A DNA stretch of 64,000 bases from an uncultured Gaiellales bacterium (GTDB lineage: Bacteria; Actinomycetota; Thermoleophilia; RBG-16-64-13): positions 39,721 to 103,720 of the forward strand of contig CAYNPL010000008.1 in the NCBI GenBank assembly GCA_964399135.1, read 5' to 3'. Made by a program: the position numbers and the translations under genes. Under the pieces are notes generated by a model that was not told the DNA's origin, did no database searches, and saw only the letters and a list, made by a program, of their open reading frames with translations. This document shows positions 1 through 9,902 of the stretch, piece after piece (the stretch's first letter is position 1; the number at the start of each line of letters is the position of its first letter).

Positions 1-2093
1 GGCTCCGGTCGGGAGTGCGCGCCCACGGTCGCGGGGGCGGGGGCCGGACGCGATCCCTCCCATCCGTAGGACCGCCGGCCGTACCTGCCTCCGTCCGCAT
101 GGGCGACGCCCCGGTACTCGAACAGTCGCTCCGGTATCTCCCTCAGGAAGCGGCTGGGTAGTCGGTAGCCGGCTCCGCCGTGCAGGGCTCGGGAACGGGC
201 ATGTGACAGATAGAGGCGGTCCCGGGCCCGGGTGATGCCCACGTAGCACAGCCGTCGCTCTTCCTCCAGCCGCTGCTCGTCGAGCGACCTAGAATGAGGG
301 CACAGCCCCTCCTCCATCCCCGTTATGAACACCACCGGGAACTCGAGTCCTTTGGCGTTGTGCAGAGTCATGAGGGTCACGACCGGTTCGCCCTCCCTGA
401 TACTGTCGGCGTCCGCGTACAAGCTGATCTCCTGCAGGAACTCGGCCAGACTCCCCTGGGGGTTCATGCGGTCGTACTCCTCCGCCACCGCCACGAACTC
501 CTCCAGGTTCTCCAAGCGCCCCTCGGCCTCGAGAGTCCTCTCCGCTTTGAGCGAAGCCGCCAGGCCGCTCTGTTCCAGGACCAGGCGGACGATGTCGGCC
601 ACCCGGACGGGCTCCACCATGCCCGCCGCTTCGGCCCAGCACTGGAATCCTTCGCCCAGCCGCAGGCAGGCAGCCGCAGCCGCCGGGGTCATACCCGCCA
701 CCTGCGCGGCCAAGAGGAGGCTGTCCCGCAGCGGCACCTCCTTCTCGGCGGCCAGTGCCTGCAGACGTCCGATAGCCACCTCACCGAGGCCCCGGCGCGG
801 CGTGTTGATGATCCGCAAGAGCGACACGTCATCGACGGCGTTCAGGGTGACCCGCAGATAGGCGAGCAGGTCTTTGATCTCGGCCCGCTGATAGAACTTC
901 GTGCCCCCCACCACCCGATAGGCGACGCCTTGGCGCACCAGCATGTCCTCCAGCACCCGGGATTGGGCGTTGACCCGGTAGAAGACGGCCAGGTCGGAGG
1001 CGGGCCGCTCCCGAAGCAGCCGCACGATCTCTTCGCACACCAGCCGGGCTTCTTCGTGCTCGTCCCGGCACTCATAGACCACCACCGGCTCGCCCAGGCC
1101 CCGCTCGGTCCACAGCTTCTTGGGCTTCCGTCCGCGGTTGTGCGAGACAAGAGCGTTGGCTGCGTCGAGGATGGTGCCGTAGGAGCGATAGTTCTGCTCC
1201 AGCTTGACCACTTTGGCCTCGGGGAAGTCGTCCTCGAAACTGAGGATGTTTCGGATATCCGCCCCCCGCCAAGAGTAGACCGACTGGTCGTCGTCCCCCA
1301 CCACAGTGACCTGCCGATGCTCTTCGGTCAGCAGCCTCACCAGCAGGTACTGAGCCCGGTTGGTGTCCTGGTATTCGTCCACCAGGACGTGCCGGAAGAG
1401 ATCACGGTAGTAGGCCAGCCTTTCCGGGAAAAGACGTAGGACGTCGACGGTCCGCAGCAACAGATCGTCGAAGTCCATGGCATTGACCTCGAGCAGCCGG
1501 GTCTGGTACCGCCGGTAGACGGCGGCGACCGCATCGTGATAGCCGGATTGCCACGGGTCCCCGGCCGGCACCTGGTCCGGCCCGCCGCCGGAGATACCTC
1601 CCCGGGCGAACTCGTCGACGTCGATAGACCTGTTCTTGGCGTCGGAGATGAGGCTCTGGACGGCACGAGGGGGAAATCGCTTGACGTCTAGGCGCAGATC
1701 CTCCAGGCAGTGCTTGACCAGGCGGGTGGAGTCGTCCTCGTCGTATATGGAGAAACTGCTCCGGTAACCGAGCAGGGGCGCGTCGTGACGCAGGATGCGG
1801 GCGCAGGCGGAGTGGAAGGTGCTCACCCACGTCCAGTACGAGGAGGCGCCCAGGAGGCGGCCGACCCGCTCCTTCATCTCCCCCGCCGCCTTGTTGGTGA
1901 AGGTGATGGCCAGGGTCTGGTGAGGCCGGACCTGCCCGCTCTGGATGAGATAGGCCAGTCTGTAGGTGAGGACCCGGGTCTTGCCCGAACCGGCGCCCGC
2001 CAACACCAAGAGAGGCCCGCCCGGATGGAAGACGGCTTCGCGCTGCTGCTCGTTCAGATCTTGAGCGAGCCGCGCTGAGAGGGAGTCAGGCAT
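1..2093 (-). CDS. pcrA: ATP-dependent DNA helicase PcrA/UvrD family, 5' portion (C-terminus runs past coordinate 1)
   Basis: Not in the ORF track because there is no stop inside the window. Hand translation of the minus strand from the ATG at about 2093 gives MPDSLSARLAQDLNEQQREAVFHPGGPLLVLAGAGSGKTRVLTYRLAYLIQ... with Walker A GAGSGKT and later UvrD blocks (VDEYQDTN, NYRS, LEFPVVFITGMEEG). The frame stays open to coordinate 1. The large plus-strand ORF 294..1439 is its antisense shadow. Confidence 0.85.
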   Translation of the reverse strand, partial: MPDSLSARLAQDLNEQQREAVFHPGGPLLVLAGAGSGKTRVLTYRLAYLIQSGQVRPHQTLAITFTNKAAGEMKERVGRLLGASSYWTWVSTFHSACARILRHDAPLLGYRSSFSIYDEDDSTRLVKHCLEDLRLDVKRFPPRAVQSLISDAKNRSIDVDEFARGGISGGGPDQVPAGDPWQSGYHDAVAAVYRRYQTRLLEVNAMDFDDLLLRTVDVLRLFPERLAYYRDLFRHVLVDEYQDTNRAQYLLVRLLTEEHRQVTVVGDDDQSVYSWRGADIRNILSFEDDFPEAKVVKLEQNYRSYGTILDAANALVSHNRGRKPKKLWTERGLGEPVVVYECRDEHEEARLVCEEIVRLLRERPASDLAVFYRVNAQSRVLEDMLVRQGVAYRVVGGTKFYQRAEIKDLLAYLRVTLNAVDDVSLLRIINTPRRGLGEVAIGRLQALAAEKEVPLRDSLLLAAQVAGMTPAAAAACLRLGEGFQCWAEAAGMVEPVRVADIVRLVLEQSGLAASLKAERTLEAEGRLENLEEFVAVAEEYDRMNPQGSLAEFLQEISLYADADSIREGEPVVTLMTLHNAKGLEFPVVFITGMEEGLCPHSRSLDEQRLEEERRLCYVGITRARDRLYLSHARSRALHGGAGYRLPSRFLREIPERLFEYRGVAHADGGRYGRRSYGWEGSRPAPAPATVGAHSRPE

Positions 2094-2219
2094 CGACGGC
2101 GCCATCAAACCTCACCGGGCCGTGGACTTCCCCGGAGGTCATCGGAGGCCGTAGAAGGCCGGAGGCGGCCGCAGTTCCCAACCCCGGGCCTCGCCGCCGG
2201 GCCGCCTTGGTCCCCCTTC

Positions 2220-3116
2220 TCACCGCCCCGCCTCCCTACCGGCCATTCCCTCCTCCTGGCCCGCCCCGGCAGGACCCGCTCCGCTCTCCAGGAGCTCGTT
2301 CATGCTCCCGCTGCGAAACCCCTGCAGATCAAGGGTGACGTACTTGAATCCCAACTCGCGCAGGTGGTCGACGATGGCACGCCGCACCGGTGCTCCAGCC
2401 GCCCGCGAGATCTCGCTCTCCCCCACCTCCACCCGGGCCAGAGGACCGTGATGGCGCACCCGCACCTGCGCGAAGCCGAGACCGCGCAAGAGCCGCTCAC
2501 CCGATCCCACCATGCGCAGTGCCTCGGCGGTGATGACCTCACCGTAGGGGAACCGCGAGGCCAGACAGGGAGACGAGGGCAGGTCCCATTGAGGCACACC
2601 CAGACGCTTGGCCAGGGCGCGGACATCATCCTTGCCTAGACCGGCCTCCAGCAAGGGGCTGCGGACGCCCAGGGCTGCGGCCGCCCGCATCCCCGGCCGA
2701 TAGTCGCCCCTGTCGTCACTGTTGGCTCCGTCGACCACCACGGCTAGGCCCTCCTCGGCCGCCACTGCCAGCAGCTTCTCGTACATGGCGCTCCGGCACA
2801 GGAAGCAGCGCTCCGGGGGATTGGCGGCGAACCCGGGTACCGACAGTTCGCTGGTGGTGATGACCCGATGGCGAGCCCCCAGGCGCGCGGCCGCCGCGCG
2901 GGCCGCGCCCAGCTCCTCCTCGGTGTGGACGTCGCCATGCGCGGTGACCGCCAGGACCTTATCCGCGCCCAGTTCATCCAGTGCCACCGTCAGCAGGACA
3001 GTCGAGTCCACGCCGCCGGAGAAAGCCACCAGCACGGAGCCCATGTCCCTCAGTGACGCCCGCAGCCCCGAGTCTCCTGTCACGTTCTCCCCCCTTCCCG
3101 ACCCGACCCACAGCAC
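2220..3116 (-). CDS. larE: LarE-family PP-loop ATP pyrophosphatase / sulfur transferase (TIGR00268-like). True start probably internal, near MGSVLVAFSGGVDS.
   Basis: SGGVDS PP-loop motif, PCLASRF motif, C-terminal RVRHHG..ARVEV segment typical of LarE. An extra CFLC pair lies upstream. Confidence 0.7.
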   Translation of the reverse strand: MLWVGSGRGENVTGDSGLRASLRDMGSVLVAFSGGVDSTVLLTVALDELGADKVLAVTAHGDVHTEEELGAARAAAARLGARHRVITTSELSVPGFAANPPERCFLCRSAMYEKLLAVAAEEGLAVVVDGANSDDRGDYRPGMRAAAALGVRSPLLEAGLGKDDVRALAKRLGVPQWDLPSSPCLASRFPYGEVITAEALRMVGSGERLLRGLGFAQVRVRHHGPLARVEVGESEISRAAGAPVRRAIVDHLRELGFKYVTLDLQGFRSGSMNELLESGAGPAGAGQEEGMAGREAGR

Positions 3117-3853
3117 ACGCAGGCCGGGTCACGGGGGAGATCCAGGCGTTCGCAGCTGGGCTCCCAGATGTCCACCACCAGTAACCGGCGGCTACGAGCC
3201 GTCGGGTCCACGATGAGCTTGATCACCTCGTTCGCCTCTACGCTGGCGATGACCGCCACCATGGTGCCCAGCACTCCGGCGACATCGGCGGTGGGTGATT
3301 GCTCCCGGCTGGGCAGCTCGCGCACGAAGCAGCGAAGACAGGGGCCGTCCCCAGGAACGATGGTCATGGACATGCCGCTGGTGGCGATGACCCCCCCATA
3401 CACCCAGGGGGTGCCTGTCCGCACCGAGTAGTCGTTGATCGCGAAGCGGGTAGGGAAGTTGTCGGTCCCGTCCACCAGCACGTCCAACCCTCCGGCGAAC
3501 GATGAGATGTTGCCTGCATCCATATCGGTCACCACCGCCTCCACAGTGACAGCACTGTTGGCCCGCCGCAGGTGGCGGGCGGCGGCCTCAGCCTTGGGGA
3601 TGCGGCCGGCGACATCGTCCTCGGTGTACAGCATCTGCCTGTGCAGGTTATGAAGCTCCGGGTAGTCCCTGTCGGCGATACGAAGCAGTCCGACTCCGGC
3701 GCGCACCAGATGGTTGGCGATGACCGAACCGAGAGCGCCGCAGCCCACCAGTCCGACCTTGGCGGCCCTCAGCCTCTCCTGGCCCTCACGCCCTATCTGC
3801 GGCACCAGCATCTGCCGGCTGTACCGGTAGAGCGGGTCGTCCGGATCGGCCAT
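3080..3853 (-). CDS. ThiF/MoeB/HesA-family E1-like adenylyltransferase
   Basis: RYSRQ motif, GxGxxG nucleotide loop (LVGCGALGS), CxxC pair near the C-terminus (CVCCG). Overlaps the downstream larE-like ORF. Confidence 0.8.
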   Translation of the reverse strand: MADPDDPLYRYSRQMLVPQIGREGQERLRAAKVGLVGCGALGSVIANHLVRAGVGLLRIADRDYPELHNLHRQMLYTEDDVAGRIPKAEAAARHLRRANSAVTVEAVVTDMDAGNISSFAGGLDVLVDGTDNFPTRFAINDYSVRTGTPWVYGGVIATSGMSMTIVPGDGPCLRCFVRELPSREQSPTADVAGVLGTMVAVIASVEANEVIKLIVDPTARSRRLLVVDIWEPSCERLDLPRDPACVCCGSGREGGRT

Positions 3854-3856
3854 CCC

Positions 3857-5002
3857 TCACTCCTCCGACGGGAAGTCTTTGCCCAGCACCACCACCACCC
3901 GACCGGCCGCGAGAGACCGGTCTCTCAGAACCGTGCCCACTCCCAGGCTCCGCTGGACCACCTCGGCCTGCAGCACGACATCGGGCGCAGCCAGGATCCG
4001 GGTGGAGGCCACGTCCGGGAACCCCTCAGCGTTCCTTGCCGGCCGGAAGTCGTAACCCAGACCGGCCAGCAATTGGTTCGCCAGCTCGGTCACCCCGGCT
4101 ACGCCCGACCCGTTCTGGAGCTCGACCACCACCGGGGTGTCCGCATCCACCCCCGCCAGCGCGGCCTTGGCCCGAGAGAGGTCGGGCTCGAGGTATTGAC
4201 CGGCCTCTCCCTCCCCGGCCATCACCCCGGCCACGGCGGCACCCGACCAGGCGCTTCCCGCCGTCGCCTGCAGCACCGCGTCCAGCACGGTCTGGAACGG
4301 GCCGGCCTCACCACTCAGAAGGTCCTCCTCCCACGGACGGCCTCCTCCCTGGGAACCGGCCTGGGTGAGCAGCAGCGCCAACACCGCCGCCACCCGACCG
4401 GCATCACCGCCCCGAAGCTCGAGCCCGGCAGGCGGCAGCCCGCCGCCGGCTCCTTCCAGGACGGTCCGCAGCCCCGCCCACTCCACCCAGGCGGAGGCCG
4501 CCACCGGGACGCCCAGGGCCGAGCTCACCGCTCCGGCCAGGGCCTGACCGGCGCTACCGTCTCCGCCGCTGCCGGTCCCGCCGGCAGCAGCGATGGCGGC
4601 CACAGTGGAGAATCTGTCGCCGTCCCTCAGGAGCGCGACCCCGGGAATGCCAAGGACGACGCCGCCCTTCGGCCCAGAGTACAAGAGAAAGGCCGCGACG
4701 GTCGTGCCGCCTTGGCGCACCACCAGCAGTCCGCTTCCCCCATTCGTCGGCGGAGCGGCCGTCAAGGCGGTGGACCCGGCCGGCGAACCCTCGCTGCCGG
4801 ACCCCCCCAGGAAGGTGAAGAGGAGGGCCGCAGCCACGACCACGACCACGGTGGGGACGAGCACGTACAGAAGACGGGTGGCTCGCTCCCGCCGGCGGGC
4901 CAGCCGCCGGGCCGAGCGCCGCTCAGAGCGCGAGTGGTAGGCCGCGACGATGCGGCGCTCGCCGCCCGGCGGGGGCCCTTCCCCTGTGGGAGGCTCACTC
5001 AT
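3857..5002 (-). CDS. LytR_C (cell-envelope related) domain membrane protein. Start trimmed to MSEPPTGEG.
   Basis: N-terminal basic region, one TM helix, Gly/Ala-rich middle, C-terminal LytR_C-like block (VVVELQNGSGVAGVTELANQLLAGLGYDF ... VVVVLGKDF). The ORF-track start at 5086 would overlap nadD by about 90 nt. Confidence 0.55.
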   Translation of the reverse strand: MSEPPTGEGPPPGGERRIVAAYHSRSERRSARRLARRRERATRLLYVLVPTVVVVVAAALLFTFLGGSGSEGSPAGSTALTAAPPTNGGSGLLVVRQGGTTVAAFLLYSGPKGGVVLGIPGVALLRDGDRFSTVAAIAAAGGTGSGGDGSAGQALAGAVSSALGVPVAASAWVEWAGLRTVLEGAGGGLPPAGLELRGGDAGRVAAVLALLLTQAGSQGGGRPWEEDLLSGEAGPFQTVLDAVLQATAGSAWSGAAVAGVMAGEGEAGQYLEPDLSRAKAALAGVDADTPVVVELQNGSGVAGVTELANQLLAGLGYDFRPARNAEGFPDVASTRILAAPDVVLQAEVVQRSLGVGTVLRDRSLAAGRVVVVLGKDFPSEE

Positions 5003-5786
5003 GGGCGCTGCAGTTCCCGGCGCCCGGTCGCTCTTCACCGGCGGCGTCCGCCTCCGCCCGTCCCGCTGCCGCCGGGCCCGCGGCATACAGACCGTTCTTC
5101 TCGATGAACTGCGCCACCGCCTCCGGGACCAGATAGCGTACCGGCCGGCCTGCCGCCAAACGTTCCCTGATCAGGCTGGACGAGATGGCGAGTGCAGGGA
5201 TCTCCATGACCTCCACCCGAGCCTCAGCCCCGGGCCCGACCAGGCCCGCTCCCAGACGGTCGAGCACCGCCGCCAAGCGGGAGAGGTCGTAGCCGGGCCG
5301 GGTAGCCGCGATGAGAGTACACAGATCGAGCAGGCGGCTGGGCTCCTTCCAGGTGAGGATGTCCAGCACGGCATCGGCCCCGGTGATGAAGAAGATACGA
5401 CTGCCGGGTCCCAGCGCGGCGGCCAAAGTCTCCAGGGTGTCCACGGTGTAACACATCCCGGGACGGTCGATCTCCAGGCGGGAGACGGAGAAGCGGGGAT
5501 GCGAAGCGGTGGCCAGGACCGTCATCAGATAGCGCAGCTCGGCGGGAGCCAGCCGCCTCTTCTTGTGGGGCGGGGTCCCGGATACCATGAAGACGACCTC
5601 GTCCAGCCCGAACTGCAGAAGCGCCTCCTGGCCGGTGACCAGGTGGGCCAGGTGGATGGGGTCGAAGGCGCCCCCCATGACTCCCAGCCGGATGCCGGAA
5701 TGGCCGCGCAAACGCGAGATGAGAGCGTCTTCGCCCACGACTCTTCCTAACCCGCCGCCGCGCCGATCAGCGGACGTGGCCCGCAC
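4995..5786 (-). CDS. nadD: nicotinate-nucleotide adenylyltransferase NadD. Real start probably a few codons before GVMGGAFDPIHLAHL.
   Basis: GGAFDPIHLAHL = (H/T)xGH nucleotidyltransferase signature of NadD. Sits in the conserved obg-proB-proA-nadD order. Confidence 0.85.
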   Translation of the reverse strand: MRATSADRRGGGLGRVVGEDALISRLRGHSGIRLGVMGGAFDPIHLAHLVTGQEALLQFGLDEVVFMVSGTPPHKKRRLAPAELRYLMTVLATASHPRFSVSRLEIDRPGMCYTVDTLETLAAALGPGSRIFFITGADAVLDILTWKEPSRLLDLCTLIAATRPGYDLSRLAAVLDRLGAGLVGPGAEARVEVMEIPALAISSSLIRERLAAGRPVRYLVPEAVAQFIEKNGLYAAGPAAAGRAEADAAGEERPGAGNCSAHE

Positions 5787-7020
5787 CCACCACCACGTAC
5801 TTGGTGGTGGTCAGTTCTTTCAGGGCGAGAGGGCCACGGGCGTGCAGCTTCTGGGTGGAGATGCCGATCTCGGCCCCCAGACCGTAGACCCCGCCGTCGG
5901 TGAAACGGGTGGAGGCATTGATGTAGACGGCGGCGGCATCCACGATCTGCGCGAAGCGGCGGGCCGCCTCCAGATCGCGCGTCACTATGGCCTCCGAATG
6001 ACCGGTGCCGTAGCGGGCGATATGGTCGGCCGCCTCCTCCAGCCCGTCCACCACTTTGACCGCCATCTCCAGATCCAGGAACTCGGTGGCGTAGTGTTTC
6101 TCGGTCGCGCGCAGCAGGCGGGGCTCGGTCTCCCCCACGACCTCGCGGGTGCGGGCGTCCACGTAGAGTTTGACCTTCCGCTCCTGCAGCGCTTTCACCA
6201 CCGCCGGGAGAAAGGTCTCGGCCACAGCCTCGTGCACCAGCAACGTCTCGGCCGCGTTACAGACACCGGGACGCTGGCACTTGGCGTTGACGGTGATCTC
6301 CAGAGCCTGCTTGAGATCGGCGCTCTCGTCCACGTAGACGTGGCAGTTCCCCCCGGCCGCGTAGATGACCGGCACCTTCGAGTGCTCCAGCAGGAAGTCC
6401 TTGAGGGCTTCCCCTCCGCGCGGGATGACGAGATCGATCTCGCCCCGCAGTTGCAGCAGATCGATCAGCACCGCCCGGTCCCGGCTGGCTACGAACTGGA
6501 TGGCCTCTCCGGGCAGACCGGCCTCCAAAGCGGCCCCTGTGATCACTTCGGCCAGGATGCGGTTGGACCGGTAAGCGTCGCTGCCGCCACGCAGGATCAC
6601 GGCGTTGCCCGTCTTGAGACAGAGGGCGGCTGCGTCCACGGTGACATTAGGCCGCGCCTCGTACACAACCGCGATGACCCCGAAGGGGACCCTCACCTTC
6701 TCGATCTCCAGACCTTCCGGAGTGCGCCATCCGCCCACTATCTCGCCGATGGGGTCGGGCAAGGCGGCGATGTCGCGCAGGCTGCGGGCGATGCCGGCCA
6801 GCCGCTCCTCATCCAGCAACAGCCGATCGATCAGGGCGGGCGACAGCCCGTTCCTGCGGCCCTCGGCCACATCCTCCACGTTCTCAAGCAAGATCTCCCC
6901 AGACCGCCGGTCGAGAGCGTCGGCCATGGCGATGAGGGCCCGGTTCTTCTCAGCGGTGCTGGCCAGCGCCAGCCGCCTCGAGGCCCGCTTGGCGAGGGTC
7001 GCCATCTCCTTCGTCTTCAA
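5767..7020 (-). CDS. proA: gamma-glutamyl phosphate reductase
   Basis: 417 aa, ALDH-like fold; adjacent to proB. Confidence 0.9.
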   Translation of the reverse strand: MKTKEMATLAKRASRRLALASTAEKNRALIAMADALDRRSGEILLENVEDVAEGRRNGLSPALIDRLLLDEERLAGIARSLRDIAALPDPIGEIVGGWRTPEGLEIEKVRVPFGVIAVVYEARPNVTVDAAALCLKTGNAVILRGGSDAYRSNRILAEVITGAALEAGLPGEAIQFVASRDRAVLIDLLQLRGEIDLVIPRGGEALKDFLLEHSKVPVIYAAGGNCHVYVDESADLKQALEITVNAKCQRPGVCNAAETLLVHEAVAETFLPAVVKALQERKVKLYVDARTREVVGETEPRLLRATEKHYATEFLDLEMAVKVVDGLEEAADHIARYGTGHSEAIVTRDLEAARRFAQIVDAAAVYINASTRFTDGGVYGLGAEIGISTQKLHARGPLALKELTTTKYVVVGAGHVR

Positions 7021-7033
7021 GTCGCCTCCTGTT

Positions 7034-8140
7034 CTAACAGACCAATACCAGATAGTCCCGATGGACCGCCTCGGGCGAGGCTTGGGGCAGCACCTCCGCC
7101 ACCTGGGCGCTCTTCAAGCCCTTCACCCGGTCCAGTTCTTCCCGGGAGTAGCTGACCAGACCCTTGGCCAGCTCCACTCCTTCGCAATCGACCACCATGA
7201 CCGCGTCCCCGGCGGCAAAATCACCTGTGACCCCGGTCACGCCCACCGGCAGCAGGCTGCCCTTGCCCCGCAAGGCCCGAGCCGCCCCGGCATCCACCAC
7301 CACCGTGCCCCGGGCCGGTTTGCCGTACAGCAGCCACAGTTTGTAGTCGGGCAGGCCCAGGGGACGGGGCGGGAAACGCGTCCCGATGTCCGTTCCGTCC
7401 AGGCAGGCGTGCAGCACACCTGGGCGATCACCTCGGGCTATGATGGTCTCCACGCCGCCGCTGGTGGCTACCCGGGCGCTGTTGATCTTGCTGGCCATGC
7501 CCCCGGAACCCAGCGGCCCGATGGCACCGACGCGTACGCACTCCAGCTCCCCGGGATCCTCCACTCTCGTGATGAGTCTCGCCTCCGGATCATCCCGGGG
7601 ATCGGCCGTGTAGAGACCGTCGGTATCGGTCAGAAGGACGAGCAGGTCGGCTTTGACCAGCAGGGCCACCTGAGCGGCCAGCGCATCGTTGTCGCCGAAA
7701 CAGAGTTCGTCGGTGGACGTCGTGTCGTTCTCGTTGATGATGGGGACGACCTTCCATTCCAGCAGACGGTTGAGGGTGTTGCGGGCGTTCAGATACTGAG
7801 CCCGGGCAGCCACGTCGAAGGCGGTCAGCAAGACCTGGGCGGTGATCACGTGCTCGTGGGCGAAAAGCTCGGTGTAGATGTGGAAGAGGTGACCCTGGCC
7901 CACGGCCGCCGCCGCCTGCAGGTCGACCACCGCAGTGGGGCGGCGTCTGCGTCTGAGGACGCCCATGCCCGACGACACCGCTCCCGACGACACCAGGAGC
8001 ATCCGGTGGCCCTCGGCGTGCAGCTCGCACACTTCGGCCACCAGACCGGCCACGGGCGCCAGCCGGAACGTCCCCCGCTCGTTGGTGAGGGTGCTCGATC
8101 CGATCTTGACCACTACCGTCTTGCCCACTGGCTTGTTCAC
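7034..8140 (-). CDS. proB: glutamate 5-kinase with C-terminal PUA domain
   Basis: VVKIGSSTL amino-acid-kinase start, 368 aa, PUA-like tail. Confidence 0.9.
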   Translation of the reverse strand: MNKPVGKTVVVKIGSSTLTNERGTFRLAPVAGLVAEVCELHAEGHRMLLVSSGAVSSGMGVLRRRRRPTAVVDLQAAAAVGQGHLFHIYTELFAHEHVITAQVLLTAFDVAARAQYLNARNTLNRLLEWKVVPIINENDTTSTDELCFGDNDALAAQVALLVKADLLVLLTDTDGLYTADPRDDPEARLITRVEDPGELECVRVGAIGPLGSGGMASKINSARVATSGGVETIIARGDRPGVLHACLDGTDIGTRFPPRPLGLPDYKLWLLYGKPARGTVVVDAGAARALRGKGSLLPVGVTGVTGDFAAGDAVMVVDCEGVELAKGLVSYSREELDRVKGLKSAQVAEVLPQASPEAVHRDYLVLVC

Positions 8141-8155
8141 CTCTTGCTCACACCT

Positions 8156-9589
8156 TTACTGGAACTCGAACGCGTACCCCTCGATGTCCACATCGTCGCC
8201 AGGCTGCGCACCCAGGGCCCGTAGGGCCGCATACACCCCCAGCCGGTCGAGCCGCTCTCCAAGATAACGGATAGCTTCTTCATCGGTCAGATCAAACCTG
8301 CTCACCAGCCGCTTCACAGCCCGGCCTTCCACGACGAAGCCATCGGGGCCGCGCCGCGCCGAGAAGGCCCGGGCCCGGGCGCCCTGCGGCCGATAGGTCA
8401 CGTGCCGCCCCCCTTCGCCGACCTCCACCACCGTGCCGACGGAGCCTGCGTCGACGGAGCCCGCGCCGACGGGCAGCTCTTCCCCCGGGGCGACAGCCGC
8501 CTCACCGACGGCAGCGGCGGCGCCGGCGGTCAGCCTGCGTAGCAGCGGGCCCACCCAGGACAGCAGCGCGGGCAGGCCCGCCCCCGTGGCGGCCGAGACC
8601 GGCCAGACCAGCTGCCGCGCCGCGGGCATGTCCTCGTCCAGCAGATACGTGAAGGCGGGGTGCCCCTCGTTGCGCAGCCGCTCTACCTCGGCGGTGAAGG
8701 CGTTAGTCCAGGTGGCGACCGCAGCCGCCGGCACGGCATCGATCTTGTTGAGGAGCACGACCTGGGGCTTCCCGGCCAGGTGGGCGGCATGGGCGTCCAG
8801 CTCGCCCAAGATGGTGCGGAACCCCTCGAGAGGTTCTACCCCGTAGTAGCCGGTGATGTCGACAACGTGCATCAAGAGCTGGCATCTCTCCAGATGAGCG
8901 AGGAATTCGTGACCCAGGCCCACCCCTTCGCTGGCCCCTTCCAGCAGGCCAGGCACATCAGCCAGGGTGAACACATCTCCTTCGCCCGACCAGTCGACCA
9001 CCCCCAGCATGGGCTCCACGGTAGTGAAGGGATAGTCGGCCACTTTGGGCTTGGCGTTGGACAGCCGCCGCAAGAGGGAGGACTTACCCGCATTGGGAAG
9101 ACCCGCCAGTCCGGCGTCCGCCATCAGTTTGAGGGAGAGCTCAAGCCACATGCTCTCCGCCTCCTCCCCCAGCTCGGCGAACTTGGGCGCCTGCCGCACG
9201 GAGTTGACGAAGCGGGCGTTGCCGCGCCCGCCGGCGCCGCCGCGGGCGACCACCACCCGCTGACCCGGCTCTACCATGTCGGCGACCAGCCGGCCGTCGA
9301 TCCGGACCTGGGTACCCAGCGGCACCGGAATGGGCGCGCTCTCCCCGTTGGCGCCGTGCTTGCGCGCTCCCGCTCCCGGACGACCGGAGCCCGCCTTGAA
9401 GTGGACCTTGAAGGTGAAGGTCTGCAGGTCGCGCAGTTGCGGGTCGGCCAGCAGGACTACGTCGCCGCCCCGGCCCCCGTCGCCGCCGTCAGGTCCGCCT
9501 CGGGGGACGTGCATCTCCCTGCGGAACGAGACGCAACCGTCCCCGCCCCTGCCGGCCGCCACGTGGATCTTTGCGTGATCGAAAAACAT
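8156..9589 (-). CDS. obg: GTPase Obg/CgtA
   Basis: MFFDHAKIHVAAGRGGDGCVSFRRE... Obg fold N-terminus, G-domain GLPNAGKSSLL, C-terminal OCT domain. Follows rpmA. Confidence 0.92.
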   Translation of the reverse strand: MFFDHAKIHVAAGRGGDGCVSFRREMHVPRGGPDGGDGGRGGDVVLLADPQLRDLQTFTFKVHFKAGSGRPGAGARKHGANGESAPIPVPLGTQVRIDGRLVADMVEPGQRVVVARGGAGGRGNARFVNSVRQAPKFAELGEEAESMWLELSLKLMADAGLAGLPNAGKSSLLRRLSNAKPKVADYPFTTVEPMLGVVDWSGEGDVFTLADVPGLLEGASEGVGLGHEFLAHLERCQLLMHVVDITGYYGVEPLEGFRTILGELDAHAAHLAGKPQVVLLNKIDAVPAAAVATWTNAFTAEVERLRNEGHPAFTYLLDEDMPAARQLVWPVSAATGAGLPALLSWVGPLLRRLTAGAAAAVGEAAVAPGEELPVGAGSVDAGSVGTVVEVGEGGRHVTYRPQGARARAFSARRGPDGFVVEGRAVKRLVSRFDLTDEEAIRYLGERLDRLGVYAALRALGAQPGDDVDIEGYAFEFQ

Positions 9590-9637
9590 GGACGGCCCCG
9601 GGTAGAGGCGAGCCCGGCCGCAGACGGGCCGCCGCCG

Positions 9638-9889
9638 CTACTCAGTGGTGATGCTTACGACCCGCCCCGCCTTGCCGGTGGTGAAGACCACCTTGCCGGC
9701 GGCGGTGGCGAACAGGGTGTCGTCGGAGCCGATGCCCACGTTGGCGCCCGGGCGGAACCGGGTGCCGCGCTGACGCACGAGTATGGCGCCGGCCTTCACG
9801 GTCTCGCCGGCGAACGCTTTGACACCCAGACGCTGAGCGTTAGAGTCGCGGCCGTTACGGGAACTGCCGCCGCCCTTCTTGTGAGCCAT
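9638..9889 (-). CDS. rpmA: 50S ribosomal protein L27
   Basis: [24 protein letters not shown]... Confidence 0.95.
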   Translation of the reverse strand: MAHKKGGGSSRNGRDSNAQRLGVKAFAGETVKAGAILVRQRGTRFRPGANVGIGSDDTLFATAAGKVVFTTGKAGRVVSITTE

Positions 9890-9902
9890 GCCCCGTTCCT
9901 TC

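Noticed and set aside
294-1439. 381-aa plus-strand ORF (and many similar long plus-strand ORFs such as 3572..5107, 5563..7155, 6605..8224, 8660..9934, 10320..11312, 18353..19138, 20496..21482, 21479..22846, 28047..29198, 31096..32235, 43633..44892, 49943..51889, 54208..55599, 57938..59497, 59567..60532, 61347..62318, 62197..63027)
   Set aside because: All lie antisense to well-supported minus-strand genes. Their products are Arg/Gly/Pro/His-rich with no motifs, the classic shadow ORFs of high-G+C DNA.
2094-2219. Possible SOS (LexA) or RecA-NDp box upstream of pcrA
   Set aside because: No TCGAAC-N4-GTTCGA-like or TGTC-N-TAnnnT element is visible in this GC-rich spacer.
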